A stretch of DNA of 64,000 nucleotides from Phoronis australis (taxonomy: Eukaryota; Animalia; Phoronida). Numbering within the stretch: position 1 is the first letter of the stretch; every line of letters starts with the position of its first letter. Both the position numbers and the translations under genes were made by a program. The stretch is from contig NMRA01000418.1 of assembly GCA_002633005.1 (NCBI GenBank), positions 307,173 to 371,172 on the forward strand, given 5' to 3'. The notes under the pieces are model-generated. The model made no database searches and was not told the origin of the DNA. It was given only the letters and a program-made list of their open reading frames with translations. Below, in pieces: positions 24,394 to 36,217 of this stretch.

Positions 24394-24482
24394 TCGCGTG
24401 GTGGGAGAACATAAGATCACCCAAGACTCCGACTTCCCGCCTTCCATCCTCGTGCAGGAGTTGGCATTCCTGGGTCCGGTCT

Positions 24483-25085
24483 GCAGAATTTTGAATGTTG
24501 GCCAAATCCCCTTTTGTCCACTGACGTCACAAGCATACTGGCGCCCCCCGTGGATACCCTGAGAACTCGTAAACAAGCATGCTGGCGACTGTGATTAAAG
24601 TATTTTTTATGATTTTTCCAGAGTCGCTATGTTTTAGTGTGTTTTTCAAATAATGTTGCATGTCATACCTCTCAGAAAATAATATTGTTCCATTAAATTA
24701 AGAAAATTTTAATATTCATTCTCGCGATCCTTCAACACCGACCATCCAAATGTTCTTCTACACAGGCGGCAAAGCCAAAGTTGTATCCCCATGCGAAATA
24801 GCCTTATTTACGCTCGACTAAAAAGGAATCTTTCAATCATAGTTAATTGATACTATATACCATTCATTATTATATACCATGCATTATGTTTTTAGAAAAA
24901 AACGATACTCAACGTCCCACAATAACTACAACTGTTCGCCAGCCTGTCTCGGCGTTGCTAGGCTGGATACTACCGGGTTCATGAACTCGGTTTATTTACG
25001 AGTTCTCAGGGCCTCCACTGGGAGCTCCAGTATGCTTGTGACGTCAGTGGACAAAAGGGGATTTGGCCAACATTCACCATTCTGC
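24483..25085. mobile_element. MITE with ~95-bp TIRs and a 9-bp TSD (GTCCGGTCT), Mutator-like; each TIR carries TGACGTCA
   Basis: 24483-24575 is the reverse complement of ~24992-25085; GTCCGGTCT at 24474-24482 and 25086-25094. Confidence 0.8.
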
Positions 25086-25840
25086 GTCCGGTCTCCAATC
25101 TCCGTACTCGAGATCTCATACTCAAAATCCTGCTCACTGGAATCGTACTCAAAAAAGCGTATCTAATGTCGCATTTCGAGTAGACTCCAAACGTACTTCA
25201 AGGGACTTATTTTTTAGATTTGCTGTGTCTCTCGGTGACCTTTCGATATTTTGTTCTCTCGCTCGCATTTATTTTTGAGTACGATTTGAAACACACCGCC
25301 AGAGCAAACTTGAAATCTGGAGCACATGCTCGGAATTTTACTCAAAATCTTACTCGAAATCAAGATGAGATACACTTCAGTTCAAATTTACACGAAAATT
25401 GAGTGCGTTCTCGAAATTACAAGAACAGATTTTTCAAGTATGACCTTGAATACCCCAAAGCTGAGACTGTACTCAAGCGACTCCAATCTCCGTACTCAGA
25501 CTCGAATCATACTCAAACTCACACTTCATACTCAATTCGAGTACAGGCTTTGGTGTATTCAATATCATACTCAAAAATATGTACTCAAAATTTCGAACAC
25601 AAACTCATTTTTCGAGTAAGCCTATACTCTAAATGAAATGTATTTCATCTATGTTTCGGGTACGATTTCCAGTAAAAATTTCGCCGAGTATACATGTACG
25701 CTCCAAATTTTAAGTTTGGTTTGGCAGTGTGCTTAAAATCGTACTCGAAAATAATTATGGCGGATGTGAGACAAGGATAAGTTATTCCACGAGCGAATAA
25801 AGAAAATGTCGAAAGACCATTGAGAGACACAGCAATGGGT
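25086..25840. mobile_element. GTACTC-rich non-autonomous DNA element family (terminus GGCCCGGTCTCCAATCT) with an internal inverted repeat; other copies ~29750-29966, 43617-44010, 60910-61220
   Basis: 25220-25380 is inverted relative to 25640-25835; shared terminal motif and ACTCGA-rich interior across copies. Confidence 0.65.
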
Positions 25841-27198
25841 TCTACCAAAGAGTGTACTAGTACAGGAGAGTTCACTCCGCCATTTTTACCATTCGCTGCT
25901 ATGGTTACCGGTGGAAACACTAGCGCTCCAAGCGGTGAATACTCAACACTTACATGTTGTTAGGAGCACAATTCGAACAATGTAAATACTCATAAATTCA
26001 TACTTTAATGACATTCAGCGTGCAATAAAATTACTCTGTGATTGAAAATGGTTAGAATACATAAAATAACATCCACTTACAATCAAATGAGTAAGAAAAT
26101 GTGCATTTTAATCAATATTAAAGCGTATTTCTTTTTTTCTCTTGAAGCTCCCTTCAAAATCCATCATGGTTTTGTGTCATGCTTGAGCTCTTAACAGGAC
26201 AATTATCGTTTCTTATAACAGTTCATACCTCCATGGGCTACATAATTTGAATGATTGCTCCTTGGGGTTCAGAGGGGAATGCCCCCCAGATGCCAGCTAA
26301 GGGGTACCAAGCAAAAACCAGGTGGGCGACCGGTTGTTGACCCCCTCCCAGGGGGGTTACTTGGGGAGTGCTGAACAGGTAAAAACCAATGGGTATGTAT
26401 GCGACATGGGTGTTGAGCCCCTCCCATCGTCACACATTTTGGTTGCTCCCCTGACCAATGACAAACATGTTACTCCCAGCTCACTGTTGGTTTTGTCTCC
26501 ACCCAACATTTTCGCAGTTGTTCCCTAGTCAATGCACCAGGCCATTAGCAACTTAGACAATGGTTTTGTGCAGTGGGTGTTACACAAGTGAGAAGAAGAA
26601 AGCAAGGCAATTCATCACTACCACAAATTCGTAATACAATTTTAGAACATTCCATTATTTCTTAGACATATATGTATGCCAGTATAGGGTAAACTCAATC
26701 CCACTCTCCCACTCACCAACAGTTACGAGTCAGTTGCTAATCTGTAGAATAGCTCACGACTTACAAAACGTAGTAACATTGAGTATAATATTAATCATAG
26801 CTAGTCAAAGTTCAAAATGTCATGACAAAAAATTAAGAAGTACTGAGCAGCAATCAAAATATTCACTACCCACTTAGCTTCATACAAACTGAATTAAAAA
26901 TACTTGGATGATAAAACCAAAATTTTATTTTATATACCTACTGTTCTTATTATCAATAACAGTGAATATTACATGTCAGTTAAAGCCAGACCACAAGATC
27001 ATATCTGATTCCTAGCCACTAGGGCTTAAATAAACCACAATCTCCAAAAAAACGTACAAAATATGCCACACATACACCAACCAATACCACAAGAATATCT
27101 GACCAACCTTGTCACTCTCTATTAATTCACTAGTAAACAACAGCACTTTTTTGCCAAAGAAATGCGTTATAACTAAAGCTGAAAACTAATTTACTTAC

Positions 27199-27671
27199 AG
27201 AGGTGTTTGTCATCGAGAAGCAAAACGATACGGATAGCTTGGGTTTAACAAAATTTCAGCCCACCATTCAGACTCTGAATGATCCATCAGTTTCACTGTG
27301 GCTCTCTCCAAATCACAAGCTAATCATGCATAGAGTGTTTCAATCTGATCATTCTTAATAAAATACGAAGACCAGATTTTGACTAATTGTCCTTTACACA
27401 TGATGTTCCAGTACTTGCTTTGTGACACGATAATCAGAAATGCAAAAAAGCCTATTCCAGAGCTGTAATATAATTTCCGGAGAAATTTTTTACCCTGACA
27501 TCCTCAAATTTGATGGATTCGGGACATCAAATATTGTTCGGCACTGCAGTCAATACCAGCTTGTTCTTCATTCATGAACATGGACTCCTCGAAGGGATGA
27601 GATCCTAACTTGCAGTTCTTGGACAAATAGGCTGCATCTCTCTTCATAAGATCAGCTCCCAGCGTTTGCAC
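27199..27671 (-). pseudogene. Exon-like 157-codon frame interrupted only by three TGA codons; product unknown
   Basis: ttacgttcag| acceptor and |gtaagt donor; in-frame TGA at 27504, 27324 and 27210; no TAA/TAG. Confidence 0.4.
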
Positions 27672-30020
27672 CTGAACGTAAATCAATGACTGAGAGACTA
27701 AGGAACAAACCTCATAACCACTAAGTTCACAGAAGACTGGTAGCCTACACTAAAGTACACTACACGACAGAATTCCTGTCGTAGTGCGATTGTAATAGAC
27801 ACAAAAGCGTTTTGGTGTCAACTGAAAAAAATCGGACCCAAATGTCGATCCAAGGATATTTGAACAGGGCCACGCCCCCGCATCATTGACACACAGAATT
27901 AAGTTTTCAATGACGCACTGCTTAACTTTATTGGTCCAACTGGCACATTAAAATTATGTTGAATCTTTCATCTTTTCAACGAGACCCACAGATTCTCTAA
28001 CTTTACTCCTAACTTGTGACCCTGAGGCTGTGATTGTGCCAAGGCCGTGTCACCAGTCATATTACCCATGGCCATGGCCATGGGTAAGTTTCCCTAAAAT
28101 TATTCCTGCGATCGTACGGGTGACAATTTGATTTGGAATTCATGGACTGCAAGTATCCAAAAAGCCGACGATCACATCTTACGTTCATCATAGTCCCTCC
28201 GCCGGCAGCCCGGTTGTAGAGTAGGCCTAGCATACACTGCAGACAACAGTGGCAACGGGACTGCGAGTGACTTGTTTAACAACCGTGAACAGAACACACA
28301 AATTAAATGCCAAAAACAGATAATCCTTACTTAACTGGTTCCATAGGAAACCTAAAAAATGACACGCAGGGGTTTTCGTGGATGAATTCATGCAATTTAT
28401 CGCACTGCAAAATGCGTCCATCCCCATTGTTTTGGCGCTTCCTGGTCGACAGTTGCTTAGTCACCACTTGGCGGCGCTAGTAGTAGCGGTAACAGCGAAC
28501 TCGCAAGTGAACTCTCCTATTCTACTACACTCCTTGGTTCTACGTCAAGACTTAACTAGCAAGAGAGAACAGGTAAGCAAACAACTGAGGCCCATAAATT
28601 TCGACTGGCGTTTCGGGCTGACGTGGACAATCGGCTAACTAGATAAGAACGCCACCACTAGCAATTAAGGTACAACATTTTGAAATTTGACCTCCCGTCA
28701 AAGAAAATTGTCAATTCGTCCTCTCTCTTAAAAATGTCGGCCTCTGATATGGTACCTGGCCCCGGTTTCCGGGGTCAACGGCCCACCACTGCATTACTAA
28801 GAAAGAAAATTTCAATATGCAGTCAATAGTTGGTGTGGCCATGCCAATTTTAGAATAGTCTAGACGCATTTCCTGAAAAGAGCCCTGTATAAGGTTCTAG
28901 AAGCATTTTTTAGTAAAAGTTGGGAACAAGACTTTTCACACAATCAAGGTATGGCGAATTCAACTAACCCTGTTCCCAAGCCGAATTTTGCATTTTTGAC
29001 CATCTAATTTGCATAAACAAAATGGCGGCCAAATTGTCAAGTTCAGATGTATTTTTGTGATAGAAATCACCATATACCCTTTAAAATGGTGAAATGTCTC
29101 ACCGGTACACTTCTTATAAATACTTCTTGTGCAATACATCACATATGAATACTAAAAAATGCAACTCTGAAAACTAATTATGCAAATTAGATGCCGCCAT
29201 TACCATACAATGTAATTTGCGTCTTAAGTTTGTGTTCCTGCAGGCTAACTTGAAAAATGAGTTGTTTATACTTATATTTTCATGGTCAACAAACATGCTA
29301 AAGACATTTTTGGGGCAATTTATTTCATATTTATTGGGTTATACATGTATACTTTCAGAATGGGGAAAAAATTAGTCATTAACCTGCAATGCTCGTCAAG
29401 CAAGGTGTCACTAGTTTGATGGAATATAGGACAAATCTTCACACTATCCCGTTATCTTCCATTCATAAAAATCAATATAGTTATTGTTATTGAAGACATT
29501 AAATTCTTATTTGCATGAATTATTTTCAGGCCTGCTGAACACAGTTTTAGCATTCACTTTTTTGTACTTCTTAACATGCCTAAAGCCAGGCAAGACTAGA
29601 AGTAAATGTGTCAAGTGTAGCGGAGAATGAACTTTTTTGCCCCCTTGGCTGAACCGGACACTAAGCATTCTACGTTATACTCTTGTAAGTGTAGCGACAA
29701 CGGACGATGATGTAGTTGTTAAGGTTGTATATATATATGCGAAAAGGGAGCGCTGAATACCCGCAACTTTGCGTCATTTGCAATTCACATCATAAAGAGT
29801 TCCATAGCAACTCGAATACGATTCTCAGATTTGAGAACATTTGGAGTCTACTTAAAATGCGACATTAAACACGCTTTTTTGAGTACGACTCCAGTGAGCA
29901 CGATTTTGAGTATGAAATCTCGAGTATGAGTATGAGTATTAGTATGGAGAATAGAGACAGGGCCCTGACTGCGTACAAAACCAACAACTTTAAAACTACT
30001 GACCATTTTCACTGTGAGTG

Positions 30021-33000
30021 CAGACCAGTCATTCTAGGGCTTCAGAGGGCCCAACCTAGAAAAACTTGCAAATGAAGGTTTTTTTGCAGAAATGGCATCT
30101 TTAAACAAGATGGCGGAAAAAATGGCCCTCCTTTACCGGTGTTTACTGCTTTCTGGCATGTTACTCATATGTAACAGCTAGAAATAAAACGATAAAGTTT
30201 GTCATTGATTTTATACAGTTCGTAACAGGCATACTAATCAAAAAATTCCAATATTCCGTGAAAGAAAACCAATATGGCCGACAAAATGTCTGCCGAAACG
30301 GCAATTTGGTACATTTTGTAAGATTTCGTTTTTTTATTTTGCCCTGAAAATTATAAAATTTTTATTCTTTTGTAATGTAGACAATTGAACATGTCTTACC
30401 TTACAATTGGTCACTGGTTGGGGAGAAAAAATCAAGATGGCTGACAAAATGGCGGCCAAAATTACCGCCAGGTCACAAAACCCCAATTTAAAGCATTTAC
30501 GTTCCTTAAACATTGTTTGTAACCTGATGGGCAATTACACAAAAACATTTTACAATCTACAGTCAGGGTTAATGAGTTGATTGTTTCTATAATTGGTTTT
30601 TCAGGTTTAGATACTAAATGTGAAATTTTAATCTCATTTTAGATTATATGACATAAAATTTGTTGTGTTTTTCAGAAAAGCCATTAGTTAAATTTTCATG
30701 ATAAACTTCACACACTCATTTATTTTTCTGTAAAATATATTCATTTGAGGTATCAAAGATAATATTTCTTAGAAAAATATGAAATTCTGGTGGAGATATT
30801 GGCTTATTCATAACACAAGCCCTGAATAAAATTGGGCAGAAAGTGGCTTTTTTCTCTGCTATTGGAGATATTATTAGATGTTCCCAAGCAATGATTTCGT
30901 CTGCTGCTGTCATGTGTTGAGAATTTGGCTGTTGATTTCATCTGAATTTGATGAAAAGGAAATAAAATTGTTCAACAAAAAGTTAGTAATTCAATTTTGT
31001 CATTTAGTATTCACACTTTGTTTAATATGAATGCTGATTTTAGAGGAAATTAGTGCTAGTAAACAAAACAAAAGTGATCTGCAGTCATTTGTTCCGAGCC
31101 AGGCTTGGCCGATTTCATACTGAGATGAGCTTAATGTCAGGCACAGAGCTTCACGAAGTTCTTGAGATAGTGCATGCATCAAATAGTGTGATCCTTATGT
31201 CCCACTTCCAAATATTGCCAGATCAAGTAACGTCAATACAGAACCAATGAAGACAGAAGTTCTGGTTCTTCAGAAATCCCAATAGTCCCAAATGTCACCA
31301 ACGCAGAACACACAGATTCCGTGCCAAGATGGGGAGCAATTCAATGCTTGAACACCCATATTGGCTCGTTAGAATATGGAGACAGATTCTTCAGACATCC
31401 CAACTGATCACATAACTAGATGTATACGCTGAGGCATGCAATGCACAGCCAGTGTCTTCCGATTCTGAACCTTGAGTTATAATGGAATACCCTCAAGAGA
31501 GTTCACTTCTGGCTTCCGAACAACTGCCACTGATATATTCAAATACGACTGAATCAGAGTATAGGTCTTCAGAATTCGCAGTGACAGAGAATAGTTCGTC
31601 AGAAGAATCAAAGGTCAATGTTATTCTTGATGATGATTTGAGAGGTTGTCTGAAGCTGTGTAATGATGTTATGTCTGGCATGACATCTGTGCGCGTTGAT
31701 GTATGCTCGTCGGATTGTCTTGTAGGTATCCATAGAAATTGAAGCACATAAATTAGACTTGTCCTTGCAAAGTCGAATCATTAGTCTTTGGCTTCAGTAT
31801 ATGAAGATGACTGACATCCTTCGACTTTTTAAAAGCACAAATAACGTCAGATTGGGAGCCTCACCTGAAATGCTGCCTTACTTTGCAGCTGCTGTTCACA
31901 ACTCTTATGCAAAATCTGCATACATATACTTGCAGCAGACGCAGCAACTCAGAGACACCCGTCCAGATGTCATAAGACGAAGTCAAAGATTTTGGACCCG
32001 CTTGTCATATGATCTTCTAATTGAACAAACGTTCATGAAAAGTTTGAAAGCACCAGGAGCTTTAATTAGATGTTGCGAAATGGGAGATACGCAGAGTGCA
32101 CCATGGCTGCTTTCCTTGCCGGCATACTTAAGTATAACTGGTACCATGCAGACTGGGACAAACCTGAGTTGTGAAACATGTCAGCAGCATAAAGAATGTA
32201 CCCAAAAAAGACAGTCGCGTGACGACAAAGACGTCCGCAGCCTTGTTGAATTCCTCCACAACAGAAACCCATTTTAAAAACAAACATTACAGAATATCGT
32301 CACTGGTGTGACTGCAGGCACGCGTGTCAATTCCGAAAATGGCAAACAAGTGGGGATGGCGATTCGCTTGTTTATGGAGGGTTCAAGGGTGAAAGACTTC
32401 ACTATCAGAAAGAAAGACAAGGTTGTGGCAATGACAAGTCAATCAGTCCATGTTGCTTATAGTGATTTTACACAAGTATCTCCACGATTGCTACTTCAGC
32501 GAATCCTGACAGCTGCAAAAGACAATAGTGAAAGTTTATGAAGCCTTTTGATGTTTGAGCTGTGTGCTGGTGCTCTGCTCTTTTTGAAACATCTGGTCTT
32601 CCCAGAGTCTCTAATAAATCAATATTTTCTGATGCAATCTGGTCCAGTGGGGGACTACCTGAGGATTTCAGTTTCCAGAAAACATGGTGATGCATGTAAT
32701 CGACGGCGGTTCTCTCCTTCACTGTATTCCATGGCCTAGAGGTGCAACATTTCAGTCGTTTGGCAGAGCATATGTGGATTACATTAGTAAGTGCACCCAG
32801 CCTACATGTACCTATAGAAAGAACAGTAGAGAAAGCAGCACAAGGTCCAACTACACTTATTGCAGACGACAGAGACATGTTGGTTCTTTTGTGTTGCCAT
32901 GCTACTTCACAACAAATAATGTTCATGAAATTTGACAAGAGGCACTGAAGCAAGAGGAGAGTCTGGGACATCAAGAAACTACAGTTGTCTCTTGGAGCCG

Positions 33001-34800
33001 AAACTTGCGCAGTTTTGCCATTTGCGCATGCAAAGGCTCTCCCATTCAAGAAACTGCATGATCGAGAATTTTGCTAAAACGCTAGAGTATTCACTAGACC
33101 CATGCAGCTGAAGCACGACATATTTGACGCTGGTAAGAGTTGTGTCTATGTCTGGCTCTGGAAATTTGGAGGACTCGCGATGCAGGCGATTTGTAGGTGA
33201 GGTGTCAGAATAGCTTCAGTTTAAATACAGTCATTACCACCAAATTTCTTCAGTAGCTAAATTCCATTGTGCCAGGACATATTATCAAGAGGAAGAGTGG
33301 TCAAGTGTCCGAGGCAGTGGCCTAGACTCACTGTATTGGGGACAGATGTTGGCAAGCAGGTGGAAAATTCATTCCCTCGACGACGGACCAGTCAGCAGCA
33401 CCAGAGAACCTGCTGAAAGTAGTAAGCTGCTCATATAAGACCAACTGCAGTTCCAAAAGATGTTCTTGCAAGAAGTTAGGATTGCCGTGCTGGGTTGCAT
33501 GTGGAGAATACTGGTTTAAGCTTAAACAATTCATTCTCAGTTCACAGAGATAAGTTGTGTAAATACTGGTTGATTGTTTACAGATTTTGATCGCAGACTG
33601 AGTATGACTGCTTCAGACAGACTTGTAACATCACTAAAGAGACGCGTAGTGGGAGCTGTGGAAGCACTTATATTATAAACTGTTTAACTTGCTAAACATA
33701 CCTTGCTTAACATTTATCTTGTCTCAACTGTTGCTGTATTCATTTGCATTTACAACTAACTGGAGGTGACACAAACGGTGTGGATAGTAGATCACTAAAT
33801 TAATCGCAGCACATTTTTTCAGGAGGAGAATGATCCTTCCATCCAGGTGAACCTGATGTTTTTCACCCAAATAAGTTATTATTCGTTAAACAATCTTGAA
33901 AATGGAAGTCGTAATCATCAGAGCCAGGCAAAAATTATTGTAATGGTCGTGCTGACCTAGAAAAACTCAGGATATGAATTCTGTATAGATGGCGTGTCTC
34001 TGGAATCTGAAGTTCTTACATGAAACAACTATTTGGTGGCCATCTTAGAAAATGGTGAAAGGAATCATTGAGTCTCAATGGATTAGTCGACCCAGAAAAC
34101 TTGCAATGTTTGAAGCAAGACGGCATACTAATCTGTTTGTGCGAAGTTGTGCGACTCTAAATAGTTTTGGAGGCAATCTTGGTAAATGGCGGACGGTGTC
34201 ACCACAGTCATGCAAAACTACTTCCAATGAATTTGTTGACCGAGAAAAGATAGGTAAACCTTTTTGAATTTATAATCTATCGCATTCCATTCTCGTGTTA
34301 TAATGGTCTTGTGAAAATCTGGCGGCCATTTTGTCCGCCATTTTGGAAATGGTGGAAGTATTCATTAGAGCCAAATGCCATCAATCTCAATGGATTAGTC
34401 GACCCAAAAAGGCTACGATGCAATATTTGAAGCAAGACGACACACTAATCTGTTCGTGCAAAGTTGTGCGACTCGAAGTACTATTGTACTTTTGGCGGCC
34501 ATCTTGGAAAATGGTAGACGGCGTAACCACAACAATGCAAAACTATTTTCAATGAATTTGTTGACCCATGAAAGATAGGTAAACCTTTTTGAATTATTAC
34601 TCTATCACATGCCACTCTCGAGTTATAATGGTCATCTGTAATGCTGGCGGCCATTTTGTCCGCCATCTTGAAAAACCAACTTCCGCCACTCCGATTCAGG
34701 TAGACTTTTTTTTCACACTAAGGGGTGTGAGGGGATACGATTTATGCAGTAAAACCTTCTGTTGCATTTTTTCCGGGACATCCGTAGAATGACTGGACTA
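30021..34800 (+). mobile_element. Degenerate Academ DNA transposon (transposase + XPG-like nuclease + Cys-rich C-terminus)
   Basis: TIRs CAGACCAGTCATTCTA / TAGAATGACTGGACTA. Fragments: MLPYFAAAVHNSYAKSAYIYLQ...IRRSQRFWTRLSYDLLIEQTFMKSLK (31759-32277), HVIDGGSLLHCIPWPRG and LIADDRDMLVLL (XPG-like), PENLLKVVSCSYKTNCSSKRCSCKKLGLPCWVACGE (~33400-33510). Frameshifted; no clear TSD. Confidence 0.8.
34030..34670. repeat. ~310-bp tandem duplication in the Academ subterminal region, rich in GCCATCTT/GCCATTTT
   Basis: TCTCAATGGATTAGTCGACCC...TTGAAGCAAGACG...AAGATAGGTAAACCTTTTTGAATT occurs twice. Confidence 0.8.
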
Positions 34801-36217
34801 AAAGTATTTTTGCCGTGTCTGTAGTCGGCTGCGGCTCACCACCAGAATTATTGTTACGTATTTTCGGTAATAAATCCGCATTTTTGGCAAAAAAACATAA
34901 TTAAGTTTCAAATCTGAGGTTTGCGTTACGCACGCGCGTAGAGGAATGAGTATTCCGATTGAGTGAATAGGATACAGCCGTGTCGTTATCAGGTTGACTG
35001 TGGCAAAGCAACATTTACATACATGTAGTCCAGCTCTCTTATTGTCTGCTTTCATCTGATAAGCTTAAGCAATCCAGCAATAATGTTGTAAACAGCACAC
35101 TCGCTAACCGCTATTTAAAATACTATTTGCAAACGACTTTCAACAATGTCGTCAAGCACATGTGTTTTGTATGAAATGCTTTCACCAAAAAACTTCGAAT
35201 GGAGAAAAAAGGTCGACTTTCAGAAAATTCAGACTTAACTTTCATTTGTCAATCCCTTTGATTTGGCCTCTTTAGCAGATCTTGACTAATACATCTTTTT
35301 CATGAAGCGGGGTTTTGTTATCCTCTTACCCTTCCCAACAATTTGAAGAAAGATTAAGGACTCTTGACAAAATCTGGACACTCACCAAGCGTAACCAGGG
35401 ACTTTGAAACTGAACGACTGGAGACTTTAGGGACTGTGACAGCAGGGTGTACCATAGAGTCATACATGTACTTGCGGGCATCACATCGTACGCCTGAACC
35501 AACTTAAGACGCATGTATTCGAACCCATAAATTAAATATACTCACAAAAACATGGCGCACATATCACAACAATCACACGTCCGACCACAGATATAGTCGC
35601 AAGAACATCGGATCCCACACACGGTAATGTTATCCTCTGGTGGTTCGTGCTTATGGTTCAGATGCTCTAACGTATGATTTGCGATCACATGAGTCATTTT
35701 TTGGGTTCGTAGGTGTTGAGTGATATCATAGTTACATTTTTAGTTTCCAATAAATGGCGCTCGCCTACATACTTAAGTGCTCTACTCAAAATGCTGATTT
35801 CGCATACACAAAATCATTTATCGCAACAGTATGCACGATTCATGGGTTTGTATGCACGTTTCCTAGGATTGTAGGTGGTTCATGCTTAAGACGCGATGCT
35901 CCTCCTCCTACGGCACCCTGGATTCAAAGGCCAATTTTGGCCTGTTAACATATCTTAACTGCTCTCCAACGGCTGTAGAATTTTCATGAGGGAATATATT
36001 GTTACCTTGTTAGAGCATATTACGGGCAACTCGGAAATCTGTGGACGACCAGTCGACGACCGATCGTGTAGCCGAGCGGCAGCCAACAATAAAGGTTTGC
36101 TAAGAGTCGTCAGCTGAGTCACCTCATCAGTTGGCAATTGAGTCAGCAAACAGGTCGCTTAGTTGAGACGACAAAGTCAAACTACGGGTATCCCAAGTTG
36201 GCAATTACTAGCTTCAA

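Noticed and set aside
27780-27950. Possible tRNA or tRNA-derived SINE head on the minus strand
   Set aside because: Only weak A/B-box resemblance; no cloverleaf can be built.
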